From: Ylistrum balloti
Lineage: Eukaryota
Reading direction: 5' to 3'
Assembly (NCBI RefSeq): GCF_031769215.1
Contig: NW_026781950.1
Span: 1,984,001-2,044,856 of the forward strand
Length of the DNA: 60,856 nt
Shown here in pieces: positions 23,201 to 37,201 of this stretch. How positions within the stretch are numbered: position 1 is the first letter of the stretch; every line of letters starts with the position of its first letter. The notes under the pieces are model-generated. The model ran no database searches, was not told the DNA's origin, and saw only the letters and a list, made by a program, of their open reading frames with translations. The translations under genes were made by a program, and so were the position numbers.

Positions 23201-26200
23201 CAGAGTAATTCACTTAATCACACATTTTGGGTTTTTTTTTATAGAAAACATAAACACCTATGTCATATTTGTATATCTATGTAATATGACCTATTGTAAG
23301 ATATCTTGCATTTGCAATGGATAAAATAAGATAATACCTCTATGAATGACAGTGAAACATGGGTTTTCTTTGATACTTGATATATGATAAACAGAATCTT
23401 CAATCTGTTTCTGTTTCTCAACAGATTTACGAAATTCATCATAAATTTTCAATATAACCACCTTATCCTGATCTTTATGTTTACTACATTTGTTGTTAAT
23501 CCATGTGTATGTCTCTATATGACAAGTGTAGAGGGAGAATTCTACATCTTCAAATGGGTTCTATACTCAATATCATATAAGTACCTCTCATCTTCTCACA
23601 ATCTTTGGAACATTGTTAATGAGAAAAAAGAGGCCCAAAGGTCTTAATGGTCAGCTGAGTTAAAATGCTGTCATCATTCTAGTTACATGTTATAGAAATT
23701 ATCATGTTAATAAAGTTAGATAACTTTAACTACATTTTACATGTAATGCAAATATTAAATATGCATACACTTGTATATATAATGCTAACTGAAGTCCCAT
23801 GCTAAAGTTTCTTATCATGTTTAAACTTAAAGAAATTACCTCTCAAAACATATTATTCTCCCATATAAACACTTCCATCTATAAACAGTATTTAATAGAT
23901 TCTAGCATATTTATAATTTTGAAATTTGAGTCAATTTTGACTGCTTTTTGCCCCGCCCATTAGCTCCTAGGGGTCTTTCAGAGTCACTATGTGCAAACCA
24001 AGAAACTGTTATCCCACACTAATAATTCTTACCGTGTTAGAACTATTTCCAGAGTATATAATTAAAAATTATTCCCAGGAGGAAATGGAAGACCCTGGAA
24101 TTGTGAAATCTATAATTTTGGCAGGGCATTTTAAAAGACCCTTCCATCCATGAATAGTATGTCTATTCTACCATTCTTTTTTTTTTTTTTTTTTTTATAA
24201 TTTTTTATTTTTTGAAGATTTTCAACAATACATGAAACATAACACATCAAACATTCCACTCTACCATTCTTGAGTATCGATAAGAATTTTAGTTTTAATT
24301 TCAATTAATTTGACCTAATTTTGGCCCCACCCCTAAGACTCCCTAGGGGCAGTGGATCATACAAGTTACAATTTTTGTTCAGGTTTTGCAATTAAAGTTT
24401 TCTGCAAAATATCTTTGAAATCCGTCCAGGAGTTTTCCAAAAGATGTTGAACATTAACGATGCACAAAACACTACACACAAGACTGGACTAAAGGAGACC
24501 ACAATAAGGTACCATGATGACCAAAAATGTCAGTTTGAAATGAATAGTTCCCTTTAATAAAATTTTGAAAAAAAAAATACAAAAAAGAGGCAAAAATTTA
24601 AAAACTAACAATAGGGCATTCAGCAGACCCTTGAGAATATGTTTTTGACTCTTACAATTTAATTTTGGCTCTTGTATTCAAAGACACACATAGTCTTCTT
24701 ATTTCATGTATGATATGGACCCTTCAGTTCTGTGACTTAACTTCTCAAAATGTGAAGGGTGAAATGAGTATCCAGAGACATTTGCTATTTTAAATGGTGA
24801 TCAGGATTTCTTCCTTTCAATGACATAATCAAAGCTAAGACGGATAAATAAGAAGTAGAATCCTAAGTTTTTGAAGGTAGGCTTTCTATTAGTAGAGTTT
24901 ACAGCGCAGGGAACCACTAAAAACAGATAAACAAATACCTGTATCGTTAGAGAACCATTCATAATCGCAGTTGATAGGTCAGGATCTGTTTGTTGAATTT
25001 TTAAAATAATCAGTTCATCTGATGATGTGTCCAAAAGATTCTCCCACATGGTAACATTGTCCAGAAAATCAAACACAGTCAGTTCAGAACTGGGTGCTGA
25101 GTAGTGAGAAAGGTCTGCATCATCTGATGTGTCGTTGTACTGAAATAACTAGTAAAGACATCAAGAACAGGTTAGTCACCTTGTACAAACTCTGTCTACA
25201 TAAAGGACAACTCAAATAGCATCATCCTTGTTGCATCAGAAGTTTACATACAGTTCATGTTATTTTGTTAACAATATTCAGAGAATTTTTGGACTCAAAT
25301 ATTTCAGTTCTGGACTCCTATGCTTTTCCAGTGTGAATCAATCAAATTTTGAAAATTCACCTCTTTGTAATAGGACTTATAGATTTTTTTGAAATGGTAC
25401 TCTGGACTCACTAGAAAAAAAAATATTTACTGAAAATTGTGTGAAATTTTACAGCTTATTATATATATATATAAGCTATATGTGCTTACCCTTGTGAACA
25501 TGAGACCATATGAATATAGCACTTTGGTTTGTGGATTGTCAGTGTAGACAGCTCCAGCTGAGTCATTGGACCTAAGTTTGTCCCAATTGAAACTCAATCT
25601 GTCATGCTCTCTGTCAGCTAGTGTATTGGTCCTGATCACCAGTGCTGTTGGAGTTCCCACTGTAGTGAACACAAAGTGTAGAGTGTCCATATCTCCCCTT
25701 GCCTTCACATAAGCCAGTCCCCCTCCACAGTCCTTCACACAACCTGGGTTCAGGTATGTATTTAGCTGTATGTACAGAATAATCAATGATCTTAGTCAGA
25801 TAATCTGTAACATGTAACATGGCTCAAAGATTGAACCAGCTATTCAAATTCCAAATTTCTCATGAAGTCTCAAGATCTGACTTCAGCCACTACTGCGAAT
25901 GAATACATAATGATATATCTGCTATATAGAGAGGAACATGGAAGTGCTAAGCAACATGTACACCTTATCTAGATATCCGTTTTCAACATTCTTTCTGTAG
26001 TTAAACTATGATTTTTTTATAATACAGTGTTCATTTTACATGTACATCAGGTAAGAGTCAAGACTGATTCTTTCTATCAAAAGACTTGGTTGTGATCCTT
26101 CGTGTCAAATTTTATTACAAGATCTCTGTGCTAAAAAGAAGCAGAGACGTATATAACACAACGTCTCTGAAAGAAGAGACAAGCACACATACGTGAAACA

Positions 26201-26710
26201 AGAAAAATGTGTGAACTACACTTGTAACGGTTACTTTATCATTAGATATAAATAACTGAAGCTGATCAGAATCATGGATTTGTACCAGGTATGTACATGT
26301 ACGTTCAACTCATGTGACGACTTCAAAAAAGTGCGTTGACCAGCCATGAATAATCTTTAAGTGTCAGTAATATTTGATATATTTGATTGTAAATAGGAAG
26401 GTAAATCTATTATATATGTTCAGGAACAACAGTTGAAGACAAAAAAAAAATAATAGATAAACATAACCTTTCGGACTATGTACACTCCGCCAGTGTTTAG
26501 TAGCTAGCTGTCATGTAAGCATGTGCGATTTCTATTTTCTTATGATTAAGCACTAACTGAATAAAATACGCGAGTCACAATCGTGTGAAGATGAAAGCTT
26601 TTGTCTAAACTCACCTGTCGTTTCGGTGTGTAGCCATTAGTTAAAATCGCAAATGAAATAAACAGCACAACAACAGAGACAACATGTCCTAACCCTCTGG
26701 TGGTCGCCAT
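20214..26710 (-). CDS. GLMP: Glycosylated lysosomal membrane protein (GLMP/NCU-G1), 6 exons, ~429 aa
   Basis: Exons 26615-26710 (signal peptide MATTRGLGHVVSVVVLFISFAILTNG), 25490-25765 (DTLHFVFTTVGTP..LSFNW..YSYGLMFTR), 24939-25148, 22958-23185 (SIDDEYSPGVF), 21661-21953 (GFLQWKPICY..FSFGLSKDGFF..NYTAW), 20214-20400 (GYGVPPADKVS..ISAGLGLP transmembrane, TGA). All introns GT-AG, phases compatible, total 1290 nt. Motifs recalled from the NCU-G1 family. Confidence 0.93.
22120..22443 (-). mobile_element. Degenerate HINE/satellite-core fragment in GLMP intron 4
   Basis: Motifs typical of bivalve HINE cores (gagaagaagattttt, ttggccc..ggcccctgggg, tgcaaaatttcattaaa, gagaagttcaaaatg). Recognised by pattern only. 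Confidence 0.4.
23624..24527 (-). mobile_element. HINE/Helentron-like non-autonomous element in GLMP intron 3
   Basis: Terminus aaagaggcccaaaggtcttaatggtcagctgag, two related cores (ttttgccccgccc..ctagggg at ~23946 and ttggccccacccc..ctagggg at ~24321), opposite end ggtaccatgatgaccaaaaa. Confidence 0.5.
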
Positions 26711-26727
26711 CTTGAAAGTAGTTGATA

Positions 26728-26737
26728 GTCACATGAT
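26728..26737 (-). promoter_or_regulatory. M-box/CLEAR-like E-box upstream of GLMP start
   Basis: gtcacatgat (ATCATGTGAC on the gene strand) 18 nt upstream of the ATG; resembles MITF/TFEB sites of lysosomal genes. Confidence 0.4.
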
Positions 26738-29219
26738 TTTTATATCACAATCAGCTGATCTCGTGGCGGCGTTGAATCAGAGTTAGCTCCCTTAGTACCT
26801 CTGTGTTCATCCTGCCTTACTTCGATTTTGTCTTTCTAAATTAACGTCGTTACAGAAAGTAACAATGAAAGAATATGAGTGAGCGCAATGTGACACACAA
26901 ATAATATCGAGTTTATTTGATCATTTATTCATTTTCTCAATCTAAAAAAAAATCGCTTGTTGAAAAAATGCAGATTTTATCCAAATTCACCAATACTTGT
27001 CAGTTTGAAGAATCATGGAATGCAGAAATCTGTTCCCAATTTTTACACGTGAGACTGGTTGATTGGTTAAACAAAATTTTATTTAGAATAAATACCTTTT
27101 CGTGTTATGGCTCAACAATATAAAATGTATTTAAAAGATGATATTTAAAATATCTTTTTAAAAAACCACTAAAATATTTCTGCGCATGAAAAATTGAATT
27201 ACCTTATATGTCTACGTTGGATAATTTTTGTTTTTTTGGTATATAATGTCGTTCAAGCAAAGGTGAATATTTGTATATATTTTAGAGTAATATCAAAAGA
27301 CAAAGCGTTTGTAAAAAGCATAAATACAGTCGAGAAGAAACTATCTTACATTATCTATGATGTATAACAAAGCTATCCAACTCAAAATATTTAAATGTAC
27401 AATTGCTTTTTTTTAATGATTTCGATTAACAAATTTATTTTCATCCTTGAATTATTTTTTAAATCAATCCATGAACAAAACGCAAACCGTAGGACTATAT
27501 TCGTGAACTTTAATTCTATCTTGTATTAAGAAACGAAAACAGCGTAAATATATAGGCATTTGTTTATCTCATGTTGAATACATATATATTAAATTATAAG
27601 ATATAATACAACCTTTATCAAGCACCAAATTTATCTTAAAAAAGAGCAACTCAGAAGAATCATTTTTATCTGTAATCACCCTCTTCTTGAATATGCATGT
27701 TAGATACTGGGCGACAGCGGTGCAACTTATCCCCTAACACCAGAGAAAAATCAATTGAAGCTGCAAGAATTGTCAATTTAAACACCGGGAGAGATTTAAA
27801 AGAGAAATTTTATTTCAGACTGGTTACTACTGTCGAAAAGAAGAGATACTCGGAAACTCTCTATTTTATTCTATAGCTAACAAGTTGGTACCAAATTATC
27901 TTATTGTTTTGTCATTACATTATGTCGGGAATGTTATATATATGTATGTATATGTTATTTGCAAAGGTCTCACCTGCCTAGAAAACACCATTTTTTCACA
28001 TCTATCACAAAATTCTTTCTTTCATTCTACATCGAACCTATGTCGGTGAACAACAATTGAAACAAAGAATTTGGTAATCATGAATATAGAAAATTAAACA
28101 TTCTTCACTTTCGTCTAAAAAAACACAAATAAAGTCCACGAAACTATGACCTTTTTATAGCCAACCTAATAGATTCGGCAGTGTCGATGTTGGCATCCCA
28201 TGAAAATTTTTATCTTCTTTCAATCATATTTCCCCTACATCAGAACTAACATATAAATAGCATTGTGTTATTGATGTAAATGGTGACGCTAGGCATTTCT
28301 TTACAGCATAACCTAAAAATTGCCAAAGTGATACAAATGTTAGATTAGTTGGGATGATTTTTAAAATTTAATTGTAAATATGTTATCTATTGTATTTGAA
28401 GAAGTCTTTTATAAGTTGGTAAAAATTACTTTGTCATTTTTTATGTTAATAAATATATTAAATCTAAACAAACTAAAATGAAACATCAAGATTGCATGAT
28501 ATGAAGCAAAAGAATGTCCCGTTTCAGCTTCATTCGTACACCGTACACTAGCTCTTCACAACTATAGAGTAATATTTTCTTGATTCATTTTAGTGTGAAA
28601 ACCAAAATACATGCATATTTTTATTATCTTAGGGGAAACCCATACAAGACAGTACATAAAACACACGTGTAAATAATATGATTTCAACGTCTTTCCTAAG
28701 GATAAATTATGAAATTATAATAAACCTCACTGTAATTTTTACAACTGAATCAATATTTGCATAAATGCTTTCAATATTTACTGTAAAATTCAAGAACATG
28801 GTTTCCTTTCATTTGCACATGTACGAAAATACTTCACGCGAGCAGACGACGTGAAGTCAGTTTTGTGTACATTCCATCCACTAACAGCAGACGATATGCA
28901 ACGGTGTACCCTGCCCACATGTACATACGCGAATCTGATAACCCAATAAACATGTACTGTAATATCGTCATTCTTTGTCTATCTACGTTTGCAAATATAG
29001 CAACATACACGGAAGATACCACAACGACACTTATGGCGTAATCATTTTAGATCAGGTTGTAAAATAGCTGTACTTCCTGGTTACTTATCAAAGAAACATA
29101 TGACTGGACGGACATTTTGTACCGATCTTTGATTAGAACACGTGATAATGGTGTACAAACTGTAAGTACAACAATAACATATATGTGTATCGTCCTGTGT
29201 GGAAAGAAGTGCTAGCGTA

Positions 29220-32200
29220 ATGGCCGAATCTTCTCTTGCTAATGTTTTACAAACTATGGTCTACCCTACCACTATCCGAATCGCTAGTGGTAGTCTTACG
29301 GCCGATGAAGGGAAACGCTTCAGGCAATCTAACATTCTAACCTTGTATGGACGGGGACTACATGTCTACGTGCCTCCTTCCTTAAATGCTGAACTGAGGA
29401 TTAGGTGCAAGAACGAGGATATAACCGAGCGAACGAGACGGAGATCTTCTGATACCCAGGATGACGAGTATGTCAATGCTGAAAATCTATTTACTAAAAC
29501 CATATTCATCTCCGAACAAACAAGCTTACAAGACAGCCAGTTCACAGGAAAGGTCTACAGAAATGTTGCTGACCTTTTAACTGATTTACCTTTGTCAGTG
29601 AAAGCAAATAAATCCTTTTTCGCATGTGCTGATGAAAGCAATCCAAATGAGATCAGACGGATTACTGAAGGTGAAGTAATTACCATCGATCGTTGTACCG
29701 ATAGAGCACATCAGAACATTCTCCGGGGCAAAGTAAATGGCAAAGGAATTTCAATACAACTCTCAAACTCGTCCATAGATGTCACTGCTTTGCCAAATCC
29801 CGCCGCAGATTTCAAAATGAGATCAGCTGCTGATGTGATGAGCATGGAATTCACACATCCAACGGAAATGGCATTTCAAGATGAAGATATACAACAAACA
29901 TATCAAATAGAAGTAGGATTCAACGTGATACCACTAGAGAAACGACCCATGCTTTCTGTGTGTTGTTCAGAACATAACGATGTAGGTGGTATCCAAAAAC
30001 TTGACAATGACATGTTGAAGATAGAAAACATCTGGTGTTTTAACTTTAGCGAAGAGGCTTTAAAAAAAGTGACGGCTGAAGTCCTCAAGACACATTCTGA
30101 ATCCTTCTTTGAGCTTGCCTTTGGCAAAATCGTTGGCACTGATGATAATGGTTTCAGCTTATATAACCTCTATGGAAAAGAAAATACCTGTAAGTATGTC
30201 TGTCAAAAAAAGTAATCTTAACAATATGTTGAAATGACATAAATATAAATCGCAAATAAGAAACTACCCAATATGTTCTCCTCTGCTGTCCTAACTTCCA
30301 GCAATTAAGACTATGGTGTTTAAAACAAATCCTCATCCTGGGATATTGTCAGTGTGCTGCTTCAAGGAAATCCTGACAGATGAGAGATGAACACAATTCA
30401 TATATTTTTACTCTATCTAACAGTATATCTAAATGTCTAAACGATTTCAATGCACGAGTTCATTTATGTATTTCTTGTGTTTATTTAAACAATATACATC
30501 AACTTTGAAATCTGCATTACTCAACAACGCTTGTACCACATATTAATGTTAAATCATGATTTACCGAGTCTTATTGATATTGTAATGAATACGAAACATT
30601 TGATTAATAATCATTTTATATATGATGTAATATACCGTATCAAAATGTACGTAAAACCTTCTTATATCAGGCTGTTTAGACTTCGTATATCAGCAGTCAC
30701 ATTCGAACTAGTCACAATTCAATAATGTTGTTTCTATTGCTATTGCTATTCTTTTCGTAACAAACTTCTTTCATTTCTTGATGCGCCATCCAAATGAAGG
30801 ACAGTTACTTCTGTTTTACATCACATCTACGTATATATTCTATGATATCAACACTAACTCCCGGGTAATAAGTGTTGGATATCCGCCATATGCAATCGTA
30901 ACATTACCCAATCTTTACAACGCAACGCAACTTCTGCCCTTTTATCAAAACATAAATATTATAATTACGTTACATACATTGAACACAAAACAAATACAAA
31001 ATTATTAAGTTAATGCGAAAGCGGTGGTGTAAATTTAGGTATATATATATTCTTGAAGTAAACTGTGTTTATATTTACATTTCCGGTTCACTTTCCGTGA
31101 AATGAAGATAGGTCTTCTTAAAATTATTAACGCTAATAAAGGAGGATTGTTCATGTTTTAAGTCCCGAAATAATTTCATGGAAATTTTAATTGAAATAAG
31201 GCTATCTACATGATTTAAGGAATTTAACAACAAAATGACGATAAATTATTCATGGGGGAGTTTTATAGTAGTCATATTGATATCATTGAGAAATATTCCA
31301 TTTCTATGTAAATTTATATGTATTTATTCTTCTAATACGTTTTGAGGGTGTCTCAATGTAAATATGTAAATTTGTTTATAATTTGGCCTGGGTTCATAAA
31401 ATTTAAGTTTTGATTTAAAGTTTCATTAAGACCTTGCTATCATACTTCACTATATTTTCTTCCCTAGAACCATTGTACTATGAATCCTATTTACACTTTT
31501 TCTAGGATCATAAGCTTTACTTATGATTATATAGCATATCATTGTTACAGAGTGTATATGTTTATTTTAAATTACATTGCTTGGTCTCAGTATTCAGAAC
31601 ACAGTTGAAAATTCATTATGATAACGAAGGCAAGTCTATAAAGGTTTTTAGTTATATATCAGTTTTGATAAATTTGTTAGTATTTGTTGTTTGCACTGTT
31701 CGCTAACATCAATGAATGAATGCTGCGCATCACGGCTTAAATGCCAATATATATTTTTCAGCCGAATATCTCGAACCGAAGCTACGTCACAAGCAGTCGA
31801 AGAAAGTTAATCATGATATCAAATTACCAACGCCGTTCCCAACAAGTATTAAGGCACCCCGTGTTCCGAGTAGGATAAGGAAAAGCAAAACGCTGGACAG
31901 CCTCCCTTTAGCACCACCACCGCCAATACCTAAGAAAGCGCCGACACCTCCTCCGCGCACTCAACATGAACAACCTTCCTCTCCGTACAAAGAAACCGAA
32001 TTCCAACTGAAGTCGCCGACCTTTTCACAAATTAAATTCAATGAACAAGATACGTGTTCAGACAATGCACAGGAGAAACTTGATCAGTCAAAATTAGTCA
32101 GGAGTGATGAACCAAATGCAGATGTGCCATCTGCCATAGCGGTGTCAGATCTGAGCGGTGCAAATTCAACTGATGAAATTAAAATCGAAAAGGAAAAGGG

Positions 32201-32489
32201 AATGTCGTCACCAGCAGATACAGATTTAGCTGGTGAGACACCATATTGTAAACAACAGAGGGAGGAACAAGATGTAGTGAATATAAAACTCCTGTCGATT
32301 TCGGACATTGCTAGTTTATTTCGGAGTTATAAACTTGAACGCATGGCCACCGTCTGTGAGAAAGAATTAGTTGATGGAGTGATACTGTTTCATTTGGAAC
32401 AGCAGGACTTAAAAGAAGAACCATTTTGTCTTTCAGGGCTTGCCTTGACAAAGACATGGTTGCTTATTAAGGGACATCGACCGAAATAA
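29220..32489 (+). CDS. GAREM-like adaptor: CABIT-like domain, proline-rich region, C-terminal SAM domain (~565 aa, 2 coding exons)
   Basis: Exon 29220-30189 (phase-1 donor T|gtaagt) joins 31762-32489 (ttttcag|CC) in frame. CABIT-like segments YRNVADLLTDLPLSVKA and ITEGEVITI; PLAPPPPIPKKAPTPPP; SAM-like end LSISDIASLFRSYKL..VDGVILFHL..LLIKGHRPK resembles the GAREM C-terminus as recalled. An extra internal exon cannot be excluded. Confidence 0.8.
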
Positions 32490-34519
32490 GAGTACCAACA
32501 TAATTCCTCTAAATTCATATTAATTCCCAGTTCCAAGTATCTATATTTCATTCACAATTTTAAACAATGGCCAATTAATGATTTAATTATACACTTGTCG
32601 TTTAAATACTTGACTAGTAAATCATTACAACATGTAAATGTATAGGCAGATGATTTTCTCTGTTGTAACATTTGTAATATTCTTCAGTCGATCGCTCTTT
32701 GTCTATAACTCATATACTGTTACACTTGTAAATTATGTCACATTCCAAATTTTCAGTTTTAGGCAATGTCTTCATATCTAAATAATTCTACCTTATATAC
32801 ACTTAACTGTAATCTGCTATTTCCATATATGCTAATAATTTGCTGATTGAGAAATGGACATTTTCCTTAATAGTTTTATGCATGTGGTCTAACTGATTAA
32901 CATAAAATCTATTCGCCATGATGTGTCTTTTTGTGCAAGATACTACGATCAATATCTACAAATTTTGATATAATGATCATTTATGTGGAACATAGCATTT
33001 TAAGATCTTTATCAGAAAGTGTTATCTAGCCATGAAACTGTCTTCACAAGATAGCAACTTTGTGACATAGTGCTTGCCAAATAAAAACAAAAATACTTTC
33101 TGCTTGATTACATCCATAACATTTTCATAACATTTCTGCCAGTGAAATGCAAGGATTTATAAAGTTCATAAAAATTGACATCATTATCGCACTGATAATA
33201 TAAAGTCTTACATTTTCACTAGTATTGATAAGATGTTATTAGTAATATGTAATAGTAATATGACATTAGCAGTTTTGACCAATTAGAACGCTGCTTTTGA
33301 TGCGCTGCATTGTCCTGTTCGAGGACCCAATAAACGAAGGTTTGGTATATATAAGTGATTTTCATGCGTGTCTTATGGAAATTCATATACATTTATTTTT
33401 GTTAAATGATTGTGTAATTTGTGATATATATGTGTTTTTTCGGTCGTCAGAGTGATAGAAATATTCTATTCCTTTGTGTAACATGAAGCTGGACGTGGTT
33501 GTTACTCGTTATTTTGCCTGTTGGTCTCGTTGTTAAATATTTTATTCTCATTTGAGAATGTGACATGACTTACTTGGATTGACCAAAGTTTACATGGTGA
33601 GTTTCTTTGATGAAGCAGAAGACGCTTTCTCCTCCGGGAAAAAACTGGTCTCATTCCCCTTGTAGTTTTTGCAGGAGTCGCCGTGTAAATCGTTCATTTG
33701 TTCATATTTTACCATAGTTTTATTAAAGTATTATGATTGTGTTGACACGCAGGTATTTTCTTTTCATTCCTTTGTTTTTAAATAAAACACAGAGAAAATT
33801 GAATAGATTACAATTATTTATTAACATGTTATAGTAAACAATTAACAGACATTTATCTCTGTATACAAATAAATGCAAGTACTTTCCAAAAAAGTTACCT
33901 CCTGCACGATATTAAAAAAAAAACATTAATAAAAGTCTGTTAACCGTATGCTGACAATATTGATCGTACAATATCATCAGTCGTTTAGCCATTCCCATAC
34001 AATGTTAAATGAAATTGTACAGAACGTGAAATATCGTTATTCAATAATAATAATAATGGTAATTTAGAATGGTATATCAAACACTCACTGATACATGATG
34101 AGATAAACATTTTGTTATGACAATTGGTAATAGAGTATATCAAATAACTTGTAAGATCCAAATTTATATGCTGTTATAAAGTTAATACATAAGTACAAAA
34201 AATAATCATATTTTGATTATTAACTTTCATTATTAATAAAAACAATAAGCCGGACTACGATTCCGTTAATTGTTAGTATTTTCTGGATCTTATATGCACT
34301 TAAATTTTATTTAAAATTCACTTTATGCAACAGCTGTGAGAGTAACGATACAAACCATATACAAATTTCAAGAATGATATACATGTTCATATACATATAT
34401 GTATATATGTAGGTATAAATATACACATATGTATACATATATATGTGTATATATACATGTAAATCCATAGAGTCATGGGATTTCCTAAATAACCAACATA
34501 ATTGTTAGAAACGAATACG

Positions 34520-37201
34520 TTAGTGGTTTGTGTGTCCGTGATGAGGATGAAAATGGCTTTCGTGTTTACACACAATGACCGGCACGTGAGCGTGGTGAAC
34601 AATGTAGTCACTTACGCTGCCAAGGAAAGTCCTTCGAAGCTTCCCTTGACCACGTGACCCAATGACAATCATTTTAGCACCAATATCATTACATTTATGT
34701 AGCAGGACATGAGCTGCATTTCCATGGATTCTAGAGATGGAGGCGTGCTGCTGTAATGAACATAAAATGGAAGCTGAACAGTTTGATAAGCACAGGGTTT
34801 CCATCATATCATGCTGGTATATTTTGATATTCATTCTACACGGTATTGATTGTCAGTCAAATTTTCATCCTTTGCTACTAAAAATTGTCATTTTAAGATA
34901 TCAAAAGTATCATTCTACAAAATACACTCTGTAAATTCCAGTGTTTGCAAGTTGACAGAATAGGAAACATTATCAGATCAATAAAGGAATTGATTACAGC
35001 GCACATTTAAAATTTAAAATTAACTACTGATCTCAAAACCAGCCGGGTATCAAACCCTATTATCGACTATGAAATTTATTTTACGAATATCGAATCCTTG
35101 GGAAATTCAACTTTTTAAATATCGGTCATTAGAATTCAGGGAAGACAGAGTAACAAGTTGTTGTCAAAAATGAAAAAAGTAATTATATTTTTGATGGCTG
35201 TATGTAAACATGAGGACCTGTTTTAAACTTACGTGATAATCAAGAAGTTTCTGTTTGATATGCTCCATTATTTCACGAATTTTATTCTCCTCGTCATCAA
35301 TAACAGACTGTAATAATCCTGGGTCGGCTGGAGCCATAGACATAGCTAATAAAGATAAACATGTACATTTTTAACACGGCGCCACTACAATACCAAGCTC
35401 GAGTAGTTTTAATTGAAATGTTGTGTAATGTAACATCGTACTGTAACATTTACCTGGGGTCATATTTAGTTAATTCATTGGAATAGAAACATAACTCCTC
35501 ATGATGTTCGGACTATAATGGTTTGCTTGAAGATTTCAGTATTTATGAAAAGTAGTGAACAACAGCGAAGTCCATGATAAATATCATTAGACTTTCCTCA
35601 TTATATCGTTCTACTTACATAAACTCTCCATGGCCTTGTAATTACCGCAATGGATAATATGGACTTCGTTGTCGGGGCGATGGATTTTCTCCATGTAATC
35701 TGTGATAAAAATATACACACAGGCTAAGGAATTGTGATAATGATTGTTATTATCATATTTATGTGGGCAAGATTTGTGTTCATGTCACAAATGTGTGTGA
35801 TGTTGATAGGCACGGTACGACCCATGATCGTTTTTGTGTATCAAGATTTAGGAAGCCAACCAATCAAATGCCAAACATTGCGTAAACTATGAATGATTAA
35901 GAAGGAATTATCATAACGTTCAAATAACAGAGACATTGCTTTTGCTTAGAAAGTAATAAAATATTGGTTAGTTAATGATGTTTTGATAAAATCTGTCGAC
36001 GGAACGAAACACTATTTTCGAAAACATTCATTTACTCTCAAACCTCATTAATCTGACGTCGACGTGAACATGGGAAAATTTCGAGTTATGTAAATATTCG
36101 AATACAGTGAGTGTGAAGTGTGGCCGGGACTGACGAAAACTTCGAATTAAACGGGGTCTTTGAGTTATAAGTTCGAGATTACGAGATTCGACTGTAATAT
36201 ATCAAAATGAACATGCTTTATTTCAGTCATTTTATTTTTCCAGCAACAGCTTGTGTAATTTTTGAAAATCTGTGTTGTCACAATGAGAGGGGTGCTGGTT
36301 ACTTGTTAGAATTTTAAAACACGGATAGCATACAGAACGAACGTCCGCAATTAATGTACTAGATATAAGATGTCTATATTTAAGAAACACTTTCTCCTCA
36401 CTGTCTTCATTTGACATAACTCGTTTGCTACAGCTATTGAAATAACACATCTTTCAGTTTATAAAAATATACACCCATCAATGTATTCCTTTAGATTACA
36501 ATGGACCACTCAAGGAGTGATAAGAATATTAATTTAGATATACCGTATGCTGAAATCAATTCAACCATGTATTTACTTAGTAAACATATTGATTCTATCT
36601 TTCATAAAACTTGCATTATCATTCATGTATATAGATAATTTATTTTACCAGATATTGAATAAAACTATTAATCTTTTATGTACATTCTGTTCTTGTATGT
36701 TCTGTCACTTTCCAGATGGTTATGAATGTTGAATCATGCTTAGTATATATCATGTCCAGAGACTTATATTTTTTCAGTGAAAAAAAAATAATAATGCATG
36801 GCCAGCATTGATACTGCTCTCACTAAACGAGCTCGAAAGGTTCGAGTAAGTTGTTGCCCGTGCTCAGGAGGCGTGACGACAGCCACTACACACTACATAC
36901 TTTCAGTTAATACCAACTCAAATGGTATCAATCAAGTTTTTGTTTACGTATACCTCATAACACAGCATACGTAATATTGATAAAACACCAGTGTAATTCA
37001 TACGTTTTCAACACGCGGTTAACGACTCGGTACACGTATCACATATGTGTTATTTATGTACACGTTTACAACTAATAGATATCCAGGGGTTTTAAGAAAT
37101 AACTTACATTCAAAAGCGTAGTCCGAGTGCTTACTTCCGTCCATGCATACAGCGACAATGGTTTTATGATCCACCATGCTAACCGTCTTTTTGTCGTCCA
37201 T
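34520..37201 (-). CDS. Universal stress protein (UspA-like) paralog A, 4 exons, ~172 aa, His-rich tail
   Basis: Exons 37108-37201 (IVAVCMDGSKHSDYAFE), 35619-35699, 35233-35345, 34520-34750 (IVIGSRGQGKLRRTFLGSVSDYIVHHAHVPVIVC..HESHFHPHHGHTNH*). GT-AG introns; G-2x-G-9x-GS motif. Confidence 0.92.
36070..36197 (-). mobile_element. Possible one-ended Tc1/mariner-type MITE fragment
   Basis: Ends in cgagattcgactgta (TA-cagtcgaatctcg on -) with repeated ttcgag/ttcgaa motifs; partner terminus not found. Confidence 0.3.
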
